This document shows positions 19,879-29,671 of a stretch of 64,000 bases of DNA, piece after piece; position 1 is the stretch's first letter, and each line of letters starts with the position of its first letter. The notes under the pieces were generated by a model that saw nothing but the letters and a program-made list of their open reading frames with translations, did no database searches and had not been told where the DNA came from. The translations under genes were made by a program, and so were the position numbers. The stretch is from the NCBI GenBank assembly GCA_050176585.1, contig JBFXHX010000021.1, positions 1,172-65,171 of the forward strand, read 5' to 3'. The DNA is from Candidatus Binatia bacterium (lineage in GTDB: Bacteria; Desulfobacterota; Binatia; HRBIN30; CADEER01).

Positions 19879-21196
19879 GGCCGCTCCCGCCCAGGCGCCG
19901 GCGGCGACGGCGGGACGGGCTCGCGGTCTCGCCGTCCCGTTTGTCGTCCGCACTTTCGCCGCGGCCGCGGCCGGAGCGGTCGCGCGAGGAGGAATCCCGC
20001 CGCCCCGCGTTCCGCGCGCGATGCGACGGCGGCATGGGCTTCAACAACATGTCGTCTTCGACATGCACCGAAGGCAGCTTGAAACCGATCAGCGTTTCGA
20101 TCGCCTCGAGCGCCATCACGTAGGTCTCGCAGGCGAGTGTCAACGCCTTGCCCGAGGCGCCGGCGCGCGCGGTCCGCCCGATGCGGTGCACGTAATCCTC
20201 CGGGTCCTGCGGCACGTCGTAGTTGATGACGTGGGTCACGCCCTCGATGTGCAGGCCGCGCGAGGCGACGTCCGTCGCGACCAGAAACGGCAACGCGCCC
20301 CCCTTGAACTCGCGCAAGACGCGCAGCCGCACGCGCTGGTGGAGATCGCCCGTGAGTGCCGCGGCGTGGTACCCGTGGTCTTCGAGGCGCTGCGCGAGCC
20401 ACTCGGCTTCGCGCTTCGTGTTCACGAAGAAGAGCGCGCGCTCCGGGCGCTCGCGCGCGAGCAGGCCGAGCAGCAGCGGCAGCTTCTCGTGGCGGCCGAC
20501 GTGAAACAGCACGTGCTCGACTTTCTCGGCCGTGACCTGCTCGGGCTCGATCGCGACCTTGACGGGATCGTTCATGTGCTCGTAGGCGAGCTCCATGACG
20601 TCCCAGTTGAGCGTCGCCGAGAACAACATGGACTGGCGCTGCTCTACCGGCGGGAGGCGTCGCAGCAGGAATCGCAGATCGGCGATGAACCCCATGTCGA
20701 ACATGCGGTCCGCCTCGTCAATCACGAGGACCTCGACGTGCCGCAGCGTGTACACGCGCTGTTTGAAGTAATCGATGAGCCGTCCCGGCGTACCGATCAG
20801 TACGTCCACGCCGCCGCGCAGCGCCTCGCGCTGTTTCGCATAGTCGACGCCGCCATAGACGGCTTGGAAGGTCAAACCGGTGAAGGCGCCCAGCGCCTCG
20901 GCGTCATGGAGTATCTGCACGACGAGCTCCCGGGTCGGGGCGATGATCAACGCGCGGGGCCCGTCGCGGCGGTCCGGATGCTTCAGCAGGCGGGTGAAGA
21001 TCGTGATCAGAAAGGCTGCCGTCTTGCCGGTGCCGGTTTGCGCCTGTCCGGCCACGTCCTTGCCGGCCAGCGACAGCGGCAGCGACCGCGCTTGGATGGG
21101 CGTGCAGACCTCAAAGCCCACCGATTCAATGCCCCGCATCACCGGCTCGGCTATGGGCTGCGCGGCGAACGCGACGGGCTGGTCGAGAAACCCCAT
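19844..21196 (-). CDS. DEAD-box RNA helicase (RhlB-like)
   Basis: TPIQ, AQTGTGKT, PTREL, DEAD, SAT, SRGLH, HRIGRTAR; basic tail. Confidence 0.95.
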   Translation of the reverse strand: MGFLDQPVAFAAQPIAEPVMRGIESVGFEVCTPIQARSLPLSLAGKDVAGQAQTGTGKTAAFLITIFTRLLKHPDRRDGPRALIIAPTRELVVQILHDAEALGAFTGLTFQAVYGGVDYAKQREALRGGVDVLIGTPGRLIDYFKQRVYTLRHVEVLVIDEADRMFDMGFIADLRFLLRRLPPVEQRQSMLFSATLNWDVMELAYEHMNDPVKVAIEPEQVTAEKVEHVLFHVGRHEKLPLLLGLLARERPERALFFVNTKREAEWLAQRLEDHGYHAAALTGDLHQRVRLRVLREFKGGALPFLVATDVASRGLHIEGVTHVINYDVPQDPEDYVHRIGRTARAGASGKALTLACETYVMALEAIETLIGFKLPSVHVEDDMLLKPMPPSHRARNAGRRDSSSRDRSGRGRGESADDKRDGETASPSRRRRRRLGGSGHVRNDQAHREG

Positions 21197-21293
21197 GCAA
21201 GTCCGACGCTAGCGGAGTAGCGGGCGGCGGCTCAAGAGCACTGGTGCGAATAATGCCCGGGGCGCTGGCAGGCCGGATAATGAAGCGGCACGC

Positions 21294-23078
21294 TCAGTGC
21301 ACCTCGCGCATCGCGGCCAGCATCTCGTCCGGGCTCACGTAGCCCACCAGACGGCGCCGTTCGTCTCCGCCGGGCGTGAACAGGATGACCGTCGGCACGC
21401 CTTTCACATCATAGCGCGACGTCAATGCGTCGTTGTGCTCGCTCTCGCTGGTTATGTCGGCGCGGACCATGCGGAATCGCCGCGCCTCGCGCACGACATC
21501 CGGATCGACGTAAGTAGTCGCCTTCATCTCCCGACAGGGGATGCACCACTCGGCGCCGAAGTCCACCAATACGGGGCGCGCGTCAGCCGCCACTGCCGCG
21601 CTGTCGAACGGCTCCCAGGTGATCGCCTGCGCCGGCTGGGCTGACGGTATCATCCAGACAGCGACCGCGAGCGCAAGCACGCCAGCGGTCGCCTTGAAAC
21701 CCACGAAAGCGGGTCGCGAGCGCCCAACGGGGTCGAGAAAGCCCAGGTAGATGCCGGACGCCGCCACCGCCACCGGCAGCGCCCAGGCCTTCGCCGGCAA
21801 GGGCAGGAGTGGGGCGACGTAGTAGACCGCCAGGCAGATCAGCACACAGCCGAACAGGTGCTCGCTCCAGCTCAGCCACTCCCCTGAGCGCGGCAGGCGC
21901 CGCAGCGAGCCCGCGAGCAGCGCGAGCACCAGATAGGGCGCGCCCATACCCAGGGCGAGCGAGAAGAACAAGGCGAATCCGAGCCCTGCGTCCTGGCGCG
22001 TGCCGACGAAGACCAGCAATCCGACCAAGATCGGGCCAACGCACGGCGCGGCGACCACGCCCATGGTCAAGCCCATGAACAGGGCGCCCGCCGCGCCGGT
22101 TGCCGCGCCGCCGGCCCAGCGCAGCAGCACGGTGGGCGGCCGAAGCTGGTAAAGGCCGAAGCTGCCTGCCGCCAGGATCAGCAAGACGGCAGCGATGCCG
22201 AGGAGCACCGCTGGGCGCTGCAGGGCGGAGCCGATCACGCCGCCGGATAGCGCCGACAGCAGGCCGAGGGCGGAGAACGAAATCGCGATGCCCAGCACGT
22301 ATACGGCCGCGAGAAGCACGGTGCCTCGGCGGCTTCGCGTCTGACCGCCGAAATACGCAACGGTGACCGAGATCAGCGGGTACACGCACGGCGTCAGATT
22401 GAGGGCGACCCCCAAACCCAGCATGACGAGCGCGGTCAGCAGCAGACCATGGCGCTGCAAAAGGTTCTCGAAATAGCCGCCTCCTTCGCGGTTCAAAGCC
22501 GCCAGCGCTCCGCCGGCATCCAACAAGGTGGCCTCGGGCGACGGGGGCATGCCGCCAGCGGCCGCGTGTTCGCGCAGCGGGATGTCGCGCTCCACGCGGG
22601 CGGTGGTGGGCGGCAGGCACGTCGTGTCGTTGCACGCCTGGTAGCGCAGCTCGGCGACGAGGCGAAGGGCGGGATCGGCGAAATCAGCGGGGATGCGCAG
22701 CCGAGTGTTGATCGGGACCTCGCCCTCATAGACCGACAGTTGCTCGTCGCCCGCGAAGGAGAAGGAGCGCGTCAGCGGTTCCGGATAGCGCGGGTCGTCT
22801 GCGGTGACACCCGCGGGCAGCGCCAGCTTGAGAGTCGTGGGGACGAGGAACGGTTGCTTGGGTTGGTGCGCGTTGATGTGCCAACCGGGTGCGATCTTAG
22901 CGGCGACGGTGAGCCCGACCGTTCGCCCCGATGCCTCCGCGCTCGACACCGGCGCGGGCTCGACGGACAGCTCGACTTTGGGCTCGACCGCACGCCCCGT
23001 TATCGGCGAACAGAGCGCGCTTAGCAGCAGCAGGACGCCCAGGAACTGACGGGGCATGATGCACACGGATGCTCGCAT
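21294..23078 (-). CDS. dsbD: Thiol:disulfide interchange protein DsbD
   Basis: N-domain YQACNDTTC, TM domain LTPCVYP and APCVGP, thioredoxin WCIPC. Confidence 0.92.
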   Translation of the reverse strand: MRASVCIMPRQFLGVLLLLSALCSPITGRAVEPKVELSVEPAPVSSAEASGRTVGLTVAAKIAPGWHINAHQPKQPFLVPTTLKLALPAGVTADDPRYPEPLTRSFSFAGDEQLSVYEGEVPINTRLRIPADFADPALRLVAELRYQACNDTTCLPPTTARVERDIPLREHAAAGGMPPSPEATLLDAGGALAALNREGGGYFENLLQRHGLLLTALVMLGLGVALNLTPCVYPLISVTVAYFGGQTRSRRGTVLLAAVYVLGIAISFSALGLLSALSGGVIGSALQRPAVLLGIAAVLLILAAGSFGLYQLRPPTVLLRWAGGAATGAAGALFMGLTMGVVAAPCVGPILVGLLVFVGTRQDAGLGFALFFSLALGMGAPYLVLALLAGSLRRLPRSGEWLSWSEHLFGCVLICLAVYYVAPLLPLPAKAWALPVAVAASGIYLGFLDPVGRSRPAFVGFKATAGVLALAVAVWMIPSAQPAQAITWEPFDSAAVAADARPVLVDFGAEWCIPCREMKATTYVDPDVVREARRFRMVRADITSESEHNDALTSRYDVKGVPTVILFTPGGDERRRLVGYVSPDEMLAAMREVH

Positions 23079-23129
23079 AGGGGTCGAGCGGTTGCAAATT
23101 ACCCTGATCGCAGATAAGCGCCGCCGGAC

Positions 23130-23993
23130 ATGTTTGCACGCGTGTTGTGGATGTTTGCCGCCGCCCTGGCGGTTCCTGCCATGGAAGCGCGGGGTGAATG
23201 GCTAGCGCCCCTGTACGCGGAAACGGCGGAGACGGTCGGATCAGGCAATGCGGAAGTGGGGCTCGGCGCCAGCTACTTCAACGGCAGACGTTTCCCGCCG
23301 TTCACTCCGCAGGGTTTCATCCGTTCGCAGGACCTCGTGACCGGGCCGGAGTTTGGATTCCGCGTCGCACCCGCCGACGCGGTCGAGATCCAAGCCAGTT
23401 ACGAGCTCATCTACTTGAACGAGGACACGACCAACGGTCACAACTCCGAGTACGGCGGCGGCGACGCGCGCCTATTCACCAAGATCTGGGCGGTGCGGGA
23501 GCGGAAGTGGATTCCCGGCACGGGCGTGCGGTTCGGCGTCAAGCTGCCGAACGCGAGCAAGGAAAAGCGGCTGGGAACGGACGAAACCGACTTTTACATT
23601 CAGGCGCTGGGTTCGAAGCGATTCGGCCAAATCGCCACGCACCTGAATCTCGGGCTCGCCATTCTCGGCAATCCCGGCTTCGGCACGAACAGTTCCGACG
23701 GCCAGGACGACCTGTTCATCTATGACTTCGCAGTGGTCTCGCCGACGTTTGGCCAACGCGCCGCGGGCTGGGCGGTGCGCGGGCTGCTCGAAATCTCCGG
23801 CGCGACCGGTTCGCGGTTCGACAACGACTTCACCGAGTTCCGCGGCGGCCCCCAGGTGATGTACGGCAATTGGACCTTCTACTTGGGCGGCAGCGCCGGG
23901 CTCGAGGGAGCGGCGGCGCACTACGGGGTCTCAGGCGGCGCGTTCTATACCTTCGCGCTGGAGCGCTTGGCGGCTCTGTTCGACGAGGACTGA
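23130..23993 (+). CDS. Putative outer-membrane beta-barrel (SphA/phenol-MetA-like)
   Basis: Signal peptide, alternating aromatic strands, GGGDARLFTK...VKLP...LGTDETD pattern. Confidence 0.55.
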   Translation: MFARVLWMFAAALAVPAMEARGEWLAPLYAETAETVGSGNAEVGLGASYFNGRRFPPFTPQGFIRSQDLVTGPEFGFRVAPADAVEIQASYELIYLNEDTTNGHNSEYGGGDARLFTKIWAVRERKWIPGTGVRFGVKLPNASKEKRLGTDETDFYIQALGSKRFGQIATHLNLGLAILGNPGFGTNSSDGQDDLFIYDFAVVSPTFGQRAAGWAVRGLLEISGATGSRFDNDFTEFRGGPQVMYGNWTFYLGGSAGLEGAAAHYGVSGGAFYTFALERLAALFDED

Positions 23994-25198
23994 GCGCGAC
24001 GCACCGGGGCGCCGCCCGCGCGGCGCGCGCGCGGCGCCTTGGCGCCGACTTTGATCGGCACGCACTCGACGATCTCCAACCCGTAGCCGGGCAGGCTCAC
24101 CATCCGCCGCGGGTAGTTGGTGATCAGGCGAATCTTTCCGAGGCCGATGTCGCGCAGAATCTGCGCACCGACGCCGTATTCGCGGAAATCGACGTCGCGG
24201 TTGGTCGACTCCGTACTCGGACGGCGCGCCGTCTCACGCGGGCGCGCGCTGTCGAGCAGCTCCACGCCCTGCGCATCGCGGCGCAGGTACAGAATGACCC
24301 CGCGTCCGGCTTGATCGATCATCTCCATTGAGCGGCGCAGCAGCGCCGACGTGTCCCGGTCGGCGGACCCGAACACATCGCCCGGCAAGTACTCCGCGTG
24401 CGCGCGCACCAGCATCGGCTGGTCTGCGTCGATCTCGCCCTTCAACAGCACGAGGTGCTCACCATCGTCGACGTCGCTGCGGTAGACGTACGCCTTAAAG
24501 GACCCGCCTGCGCGCGTCGGCAGCAGCGACTCGGCGACCCGATGCACGAGGGAGTCGCAGCGCAAGCGGTACTGCACGAGATCGGCGATGGTGCAGATCT
24601 TCAGGCCGTGTTCGGCCGCGAACTGCTGCAAATCCGCCATGCGCGCCATCGTCCCATCCGCGTTCATGATCTCGCAGATGATCGCCGCCGGCACGAGGCC
24701 AGCCAGACGCGCCAGGTCCACGCCGCCTTCCGTCTGCCCGGTCCGCGCCAATACCCCGCCGCGGCGCGCGCGCAGTGGAAACACGTGCCCGGGCGTGACG
24801 ATATCTTCGGGACCCGCGCCCGGGCGCATCGCCGTGCGGATGGTGACCGCGCGATCGTGGGCGGAGACGCCGTTGGTGATGCCGGTGCGCGCGTCGATCG
24901 AGACGGTGAACGCAGTCCCGAGCGGCGCCCGGTTCTCGCTGACCATCATCGACAACCCGAGCTGGCGAATCCGCTCTTCGGGCAGCGCAAGACAGATCAG
25001 ACCCCGTCCGTATTTGGCCATGAAATTGATCGCCGCGGGTGTGACCTTGGTGGCCGCCATGCAGAGATCGCCTTCATTCTCGCGCTGCTCGTCGTCCATC
25101 AGGATCACCATCTTGCCCGCTTTGATGTCGGCGATGGCGTCCTCGATGGCACTGACCTGGCGTGCCCGTCGGGCCGGGGCGCGAAAAATGGTGAACAT
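23945..25198 (-). CDS. ribB: DHBP synthase RibB fused to a degenerate GTP cyclohydrolase II domain (RibBX type)
   Basis: DDEQRENEGDL, GLICL, TAFTVSIDA, PGHVFPL, GQTEG, ICEIMN; C-terminal domain lacks the Zn-binding cysteines. Confidence 0.92.
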   Translation of the reverse strand: MFTIFRAPARRARQVSAIEDAIADIKAGKMVILMDDEQRENEGDLCMAATKVTPAAINFMAKYGRGLICLALPEERIRQLGLSMMVSENRAPLGTAFTVSIDARTGITNGVSAHDRAVTIRTAMRPGAGPEDIVTPGHVFPLRARRGGVLARTGQTEGGVDLARLAGLVPAAIICEIMNADGTMARMADLQQFAAEHGLKICTIADLVQYRLRCDSLVHRVAESLLPTRAGGSFKAYVYRSDVDDGEHLVLLKGEIDADQPMLVRAHAEYLPGDVFGSADRDTSALLRRSMEMIDQAGRGVILYLRRDAQGVELLDSARPRETARRPSTESTNRDVDFREYGVGAQILRDIGLGKIRLITNYPRRMVSLPGYGLEIVECVPIKVGAKAPRARRAGGAPVRRAQSSSNRAAKRSSAKV

Positions 25199-25245
25199 CG
25201 TCGGCTTCCTATAGCGCGCGGGTGGTGGGCGCGAAAGCTCGACGT

Positions 25246-26760
25246 TCAGCGCCCGCGCGGCTTCGCGCGGCCACCACTTTTCTCCCTCGCACGCGGTCCA
25301 GTCGCGGCGGTCGGGGACCGCTCTTTGCCGCCGGCCTGTGCCGCCGGAACAGCGGACGCTCCGGAGGTTTTTCTCTGCCGGAAGCCGGCGACCCATCCCG
25401 GCCGTTCCATCTGCTGACGGGGGTTGAACGCCAAGGCACCCGGGGAAACGTCCCGCCGCACCGTGGTGGCCGCACCGATGTAGGCGTCATCCCCCACCCG
25501 TACCGGTGCCACGAGGGTCGTGTCGCTCCCCACCTGCACGCGCTCGCCGATCACCGTCCGATGCTTGACGAATCCGTCGTAGTTGCACGTGATCGTACCC
25601 GCGCCGATGTTCGTCCCATTGCCGATGTCGGCGTCGCCGAGGTACGCGAGATGGTTGGCTTTGGCGCCGCGGCCCAGGCGCGCGTTCTTGGTCTCGACGA
25701 AGTCGCCGATATGGACCTCTTCCCCGAGCTGCGTGTGCGCGCGCAGATGCGCGAATGGACCCACGATCGCCCGTGCGCCGACGTCGACCTGGGTCATGAC
25801 TACGCCGAACTTGACGTGCACGTCCTCCGCCAGCGTGCTGTCGGTGATGAACGCGGAGCCGTCGATCCGACACTGCGCACCGATCGACGTCCGGCCGCGC
25901 AGGTGGACATTGGGGCCAATGATGGTGTCCTCGCCGATGGTCACCTCGGGGTCGATGTACGCGCTATCGGGGTCCACCAGCGTGACCCCGGCGTCCATCC
26001 ATCGGCCGCAGATCTCGGCGCGTAGCTGCTTCTCCATGGCGGCGAGCTCCCGGCGCGAGTTCACCTGCGCGACCTCTGCCACATCTACGGGGACATCGGT
26101 AACAGCCAGACCCTCTGCGGCCGCGAGCGCGACGATGTCGGTCAGGTAGATCTCGCCCTGGGCATTGTCCGGCGTGGCGCGCTCGATCAACTGAAACAGC
26201 AGCGGCGCGCGCACGCAGTAGAGACCGACGTTGACCTCATTTATGGCGCGCTCCGCCGGATTGGCGTCGCGATCCTCGACGATGGCGCGGACGCGCCCGT
26301 CGGCGCGCACGATCCGGCCCCACCCCCCGGGATCATCGACGTGCCCGGTCCCGAGCGTGACCGCTGCGCGGCTCGCGCGGTGGGCATCGACCAATCGCTG
26401 GAGGGTCTGTGCTCGGAGCCGCGGCAGGTCGCCGTGGACGAGCAGCACACTTCCGCGAAAGCCCGCCAAGTCCCCCGCCGCTGCCAATACCGCGTGCCCG
26501 GTGCCCTGCGGCTCGCTCTGAACCGCGAAGCGCACCCCAGCTCCACAGCTCGCGCGCACCTCGTCCGCGCCGGGCCCGACGACGACGACGATCGGGTCGA
26601 TGTCGAGGCTCCGCAATGCGCCGAGCGGCCACTGGATCAGCGGGCGGCCACCGACTGGATGAACCAGCTTGGAACGCGCGGAGCGAAAGCGTCGGCTGCG
26701 CCCCGCAGCGAGCACGATCGCGCCGACGGGCGCGTCCGAAGCGCTCAGTTTGCTCTCCAC
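25246..26760 (-). CDS. glmU: Bifunctional UDP-GlcNAc pyrophosphorylase/acetyltransferase
   Basis: LAAG.S.RF.S...K, Q..P.GTGHA, NAQGEIYLTD, hexapeptide repeats, HLAYLGD, GAGTITCNYDG. Confidence 0.97.
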   Translation of the reverse strand: MESKLSASDAPVGAIVLAAGRSRRFRSARSKLVHPVGGRPLIQWPLGALRSLDIDPIVVVVGPGADEVRASCGAGVRFAVQSEPQGTGHAVLAAAGDLAGFRGSVLLVHGDLPRLRAQTLQRLVDAHRASRAAVTLGTGHVDDPGGWGRIVRADGRVRAIVEDRDANPAERAINEVNVGLYCVRAPLLFQLIERATPDNAQGEIYLTDIVALAAAEGLAVTDVPVDVAEVAQVNSRRELAAMEKQLRAEICGRWMDAGVTLVDPDSAYIDPEVTIGEDTIIGPNVHLRGRTSIGAQCRIDGSAFITDSTLAEDVHVKFGVVMTQVDVGARAIVGPFAHLRAHTQLGEEVHIGDFVETKNARLGRGAKANHLAYLGDADIGNGTNIGAGTITCNYDGFVKHRTVIGERVQVGSDTTLVAPVRVGDDAYIGAATTVRRDVSPGALAFNPRQQMERPGWVAGFRQRKTSGASAVPAAQAGGKERSPTAATGPRAREKSGGRAKPRGR

Positions 26761-26948
26761 TTTCGCTCTGCGTCGGCTGCCGGCGGCTCACGGCACAGCG
26801 GGCCACCGCCAGCAAGACATGATTCGGACCGAGAAGGCAACAAGCACCCGCCGAGATCGTAGCGCCGGTGTTCGGGTGCGCTCGGTCGCACACCTCGGGC
26901 GGCGCCAGCGACCGGGCCGGCGGCCATCGCCGGCCCGGTCGCGCGAGC

Positions 26949-29366
26949 TTAGCGCGAGCGCCGTCGCCGCCAGGCGAGCAGCGCCGGCGGCAGCAGCCAC
27001 AGCGCGCTGGTCGCGCTGGACAGCGGCGCGGGATCCACCGCGCAGCCGCCTCCGCCGGACGACGGCCGTCTGGTCGGGGTGCGTGTCACCGTCGCGGTGG
27101 CGGTCGCGGTGTTCACGAGAGTGGGCGTCCTCGTCGGCGTGGTGGTGAAGGTGCTGGTAGGCGGCACCGGCGTGTGGGTCACCGTCGGCGTGTGGGTCGG
27201 CTGTGGCGTGTCGGTCGCTGTGATCGTGGCCGTGGCCTCGCCGGTAGGCGTCGCGGTCGCCTCGGCACTGGGCGTGCCGGTGGCTGTGGCTGTGGCCCCG
27301 CCCACGGACGTCGCAGTCGCGGTGGGCTGGCCGGTGAGCGTCGCAGTCGCCGTTGCCTCGCCGGTCGCCGTCACGGTCGCGGTGGCGGCCTGCTCGCTGG
27401 GCGTGGCAGTCGCGGTGGCCTGCTCGCTGGGCGTCGCAGTCGCGGTGGCGGCCTGCTCGCTGGGCGTCGCGCTCGCGGTGGCCTGCTCGCTGGGCGTCGC
27501 AGTCGCGGTGGCCTGCTCGCTGGGCGTGGCGGTCGCGGTGGCCTGCTCGCTGGGCGTCGCGGTCGCGGTGGCCTGCTCGCTGGGCGTCGCAGTCGCGGTG
27601 GGCTGCTCGCTGGGCGTGGCGGTGGCGGTGGCCTCTTCGGTGGGAGTATCGGTGGCGGTGCTTTCACCGGTGGCTGTAGCGGTCGCGGTTGCCGTGCTTT
27701 CGCCAGTCGGCGTGTCCGTCGCGGTTGCCGTAGCGTCCGGAGTGGACGTGCCCGTCGGCGTGCTGGTCGCGTCCGGCGTCGCGGTATCCGTCGCCGTAGC
27801 GGTGTTTTCCGGAGTCGCCGTCTCGGTCGGGGTCGCCGTCTCGGTATTCTCCACTGTCGCAGTCGCGGTGGCGGTTGCGACCTCGGTCGGGGTATTGGTG
27901 ATGGTCGGGCTGTCCTGTGGAGTGGCCGTCGTGGTGGCGGTGGCGCTCGCCTCCGCGGTGGAGGTGGCCGTCGGCTGGGCGGTGTCGGTCGGAGTGAGCG
28001 TGCCGGTAGGGGTCGCCGTGTTCACCGGGGTCTGCGTATCAGTGGTAGTAGCCGTCGCCGTGTTGATCGGCGTCTGACTGGGAGTAGCTGTCGAGGTTGG
28101 CGCGGGCGTGTTCGTATCCGTTGGCGCAGGCGTCGCCGTCTCGGTGGGCGTGGCGCTGGCGGTAGCCGACGCCGTGTGCTGTGGAGTGTGGGTCGGGCTG
28201 GCGGTACCACTCGCGGTGGCCGTCGGCGTCCGCGTCTCGGTCCGAGTAACCGTGGCCGAGGGCGTGAAAGTCGCGGTGGCCGTGCGGGTGGCAGTGCCGG
28301 TTGCCGTACTCGTGGGCGGGACTGGCGTCGCGCTGGGCGTGCTGGTCGGCGTCGGTGTCTCGCCACTGATGTCGGCGATGTCGATGCCGCCCGGGTTCAC
28401 GCCCGGAAGAGAAATTGTCGTGACCGCGTGGCTCGCTGTGTTTATTACCGAGAGGTTTTGGGTTTGGCTGTTCGTCACGTATACGCGGCCGCCGTCGAGC
28501 GTAGGCGCGAGGTCGAGGGGCAGGCCGCCGACAGGAACGGTGGTGAGCACCGACGGAGGCGACGCCAGCGCATCGATCACCGACACCACCCCGGACATCA
28601 GCGCGTGTACGACGTAGGCGCGGGCGCCGTTCGGCAGGAACGCGACGGCGAACGGGCCGCCGCTGACCGGGATCGTGTTTACGACTGCCGGCGGATTGCT
28701 CTGTGTATCGATGACCGACACCGTGCTGCCGGCGAAGTTGGTGACGTATGCGCGCTGGCCATTGGGCGAGAATGCGACACCGGTGGGCTGCAAGCCGACT
28801 TGGATGTCTCCCACGACCTGGGGCGGGGAGACGGTGAGATCGATGATGGCGACCTGGGTGGCTGACCGCCTCGTCACGTAGGCAACCGCCCCGTCCCGCC
28901 GGACGGCCACGTCCCACGGCTGACCTGAAACGGGCACGGTAAATAGGACGAAGCGCGATGCCGTGTCGATGACGGATACCGAGCCGGAGCGATTGGCAAC
29001 CAGCGCAGTCGCACCACCGGGGACGAATGCCACGCCGTATGGAAGACTGCCGACCTGAATGGTGTCGATCTCGGCGTTCAGCATCGTGTCGATCACGGAC
29101 GCACTGGCAGGCGCGCCCGGGGTAGGCTGCGTCGCCTGCTGGTTCGTCATGTACGCGACTGACCCGTTGGGGCTGACCGCAACCTGTGCAGGATTCGCTC
29201 CCGCGTCGATGGAGGTAATCACCGGTGTCGGCGACGTAGTCAGCACCTCGAGTGTGCCGAGGCTGTTGGTGACGAACACGCGCTCCTGTGCCCAACCGGG
29301 CAGCGCGAGCGCGATCGGCGCGAACGATAAGATGAGGAATCGGGCCATGCGGCGAGCTTCAGTCAT
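26949..29366 (-). CDS. YVTN/YncE beta-propeller surface protein with long Thr/Pro stalk and MYXO-CTERM-like tail
   Basis: Signal peptide, about 7 AYVTN-type blades, more than 400 aa T/A/P linker, tail SSGGGGCAV...WLLPPALLAWRRRRSR. Confidence 0.88.
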   Translation of the reverse strand: MTEARRMARFLILSFAPIALALPGWAQERVFVTNSLGTLEVLTTSPTPVITSIDAGANPAQVAVSPNGSVAYMTNQQATQPTPGAPASASVIDTMLNAEIDTIQVGSLPYGVAFVPGGATALVANRSGSVSVIDTASRFVLFTVPVSGQPWDVAVRRDGAVAYVTRRSATQVAIIDLTVSPPQVVGDIQVGLQPTGVAFSPNGQRAYVTNFAGSTVSVIDTQSNPPAVVNTIPVSGGPFAVAFLPNGARAYVVHALMSGVVSVIDALASPPSVLTTVPVGGLPLDLAPTLDGGRVYVTNSQTQNLSVINTASHAVTTISLPGVNPGGIDIADISGETPTPTSTPSATPVPPTSTATGTATRTATATFTPSATVTRTETRTPTATASGTASPTHTPQHTASATASATPTETATPAPTDTNTPAPTSTATPSQTPINTATATTTDTQTPVNTATPTGTLTPTDTAQPTATSTAEASATATTTATPQDSPTITNTPTEVATATATATVENTETATPTETATPENTATATDTATPDATSTPTGTSTPDATATATDTPTGESTATATATATGESTATDTPTEEATATATPSEQPTATATPSEQATATATPSEQATATATPSEQATATATPSEQATASATPSEQAATATATPSEQATATATPSEQAATATVTATGEATATATLTGQPTATATSVGGATATATGTPSAEATATPTGEATATITATDTPQPTHTPTVTHTPVPPTSTFTTTPTRTPTLVNTATATATVTRTPTRRPSSGGGGCAVDPAPLSSATSALWLLPPALLAWRRRRSR
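27388..27630. repeat. Coding tandem repeat, 8 units of 30-33 bp (TATATPSEQA)
   Basis: gcctgctcgctgggcgt(c/g)gc.gtcgcggtg units at about 27388, 27418, 27451, 27481, 27511, 27541, 27571, 27601. Confidence 0.95.
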
Positions 29367-29614
29367 TGAACCACGCTTTCCAGGAACGGAGTCTCAGATT
29401 TCACACGCAGCGGCGCCTGTGATGGACGTCCGCGGACACAAGACCCGTGCGCATATCGGAATGGCACGTCGACCGTCAAGAAAAACCAGCCGACTCTGGC
29501 CCGATCTATACCAGCCTTAGACAGCGGTTGCCGCAAACGAGCGCCGAGAGCGGCACCGTAATGCGCGCAAGCGACGATGGCGCGCCGCTTCGCCGAGAGG
29601 CAACTCACCAAATA

Positions 29615-29646
29615 CAAAGGGCCCCCGGTTACCCGGGGGCCCTTTG
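29615..29646 (-). terminator. Intrinsic terminator
   Basis: Perfect 14-bp inverted repeat caaagggcccccgg-ttac-ccgggggccctttg, T-rich run on the minus strand, just after the stop at 29672. Confidence 0.85.
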
Positions 29647-29671
29647 ATTGAGGCGGTGCCGGCTTACGAAC

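Noticed and set aside
19508-21220. 570-aa plus-strand ORF
   Set aside because: Antisense shadow of the DEAD-box helicase and csp
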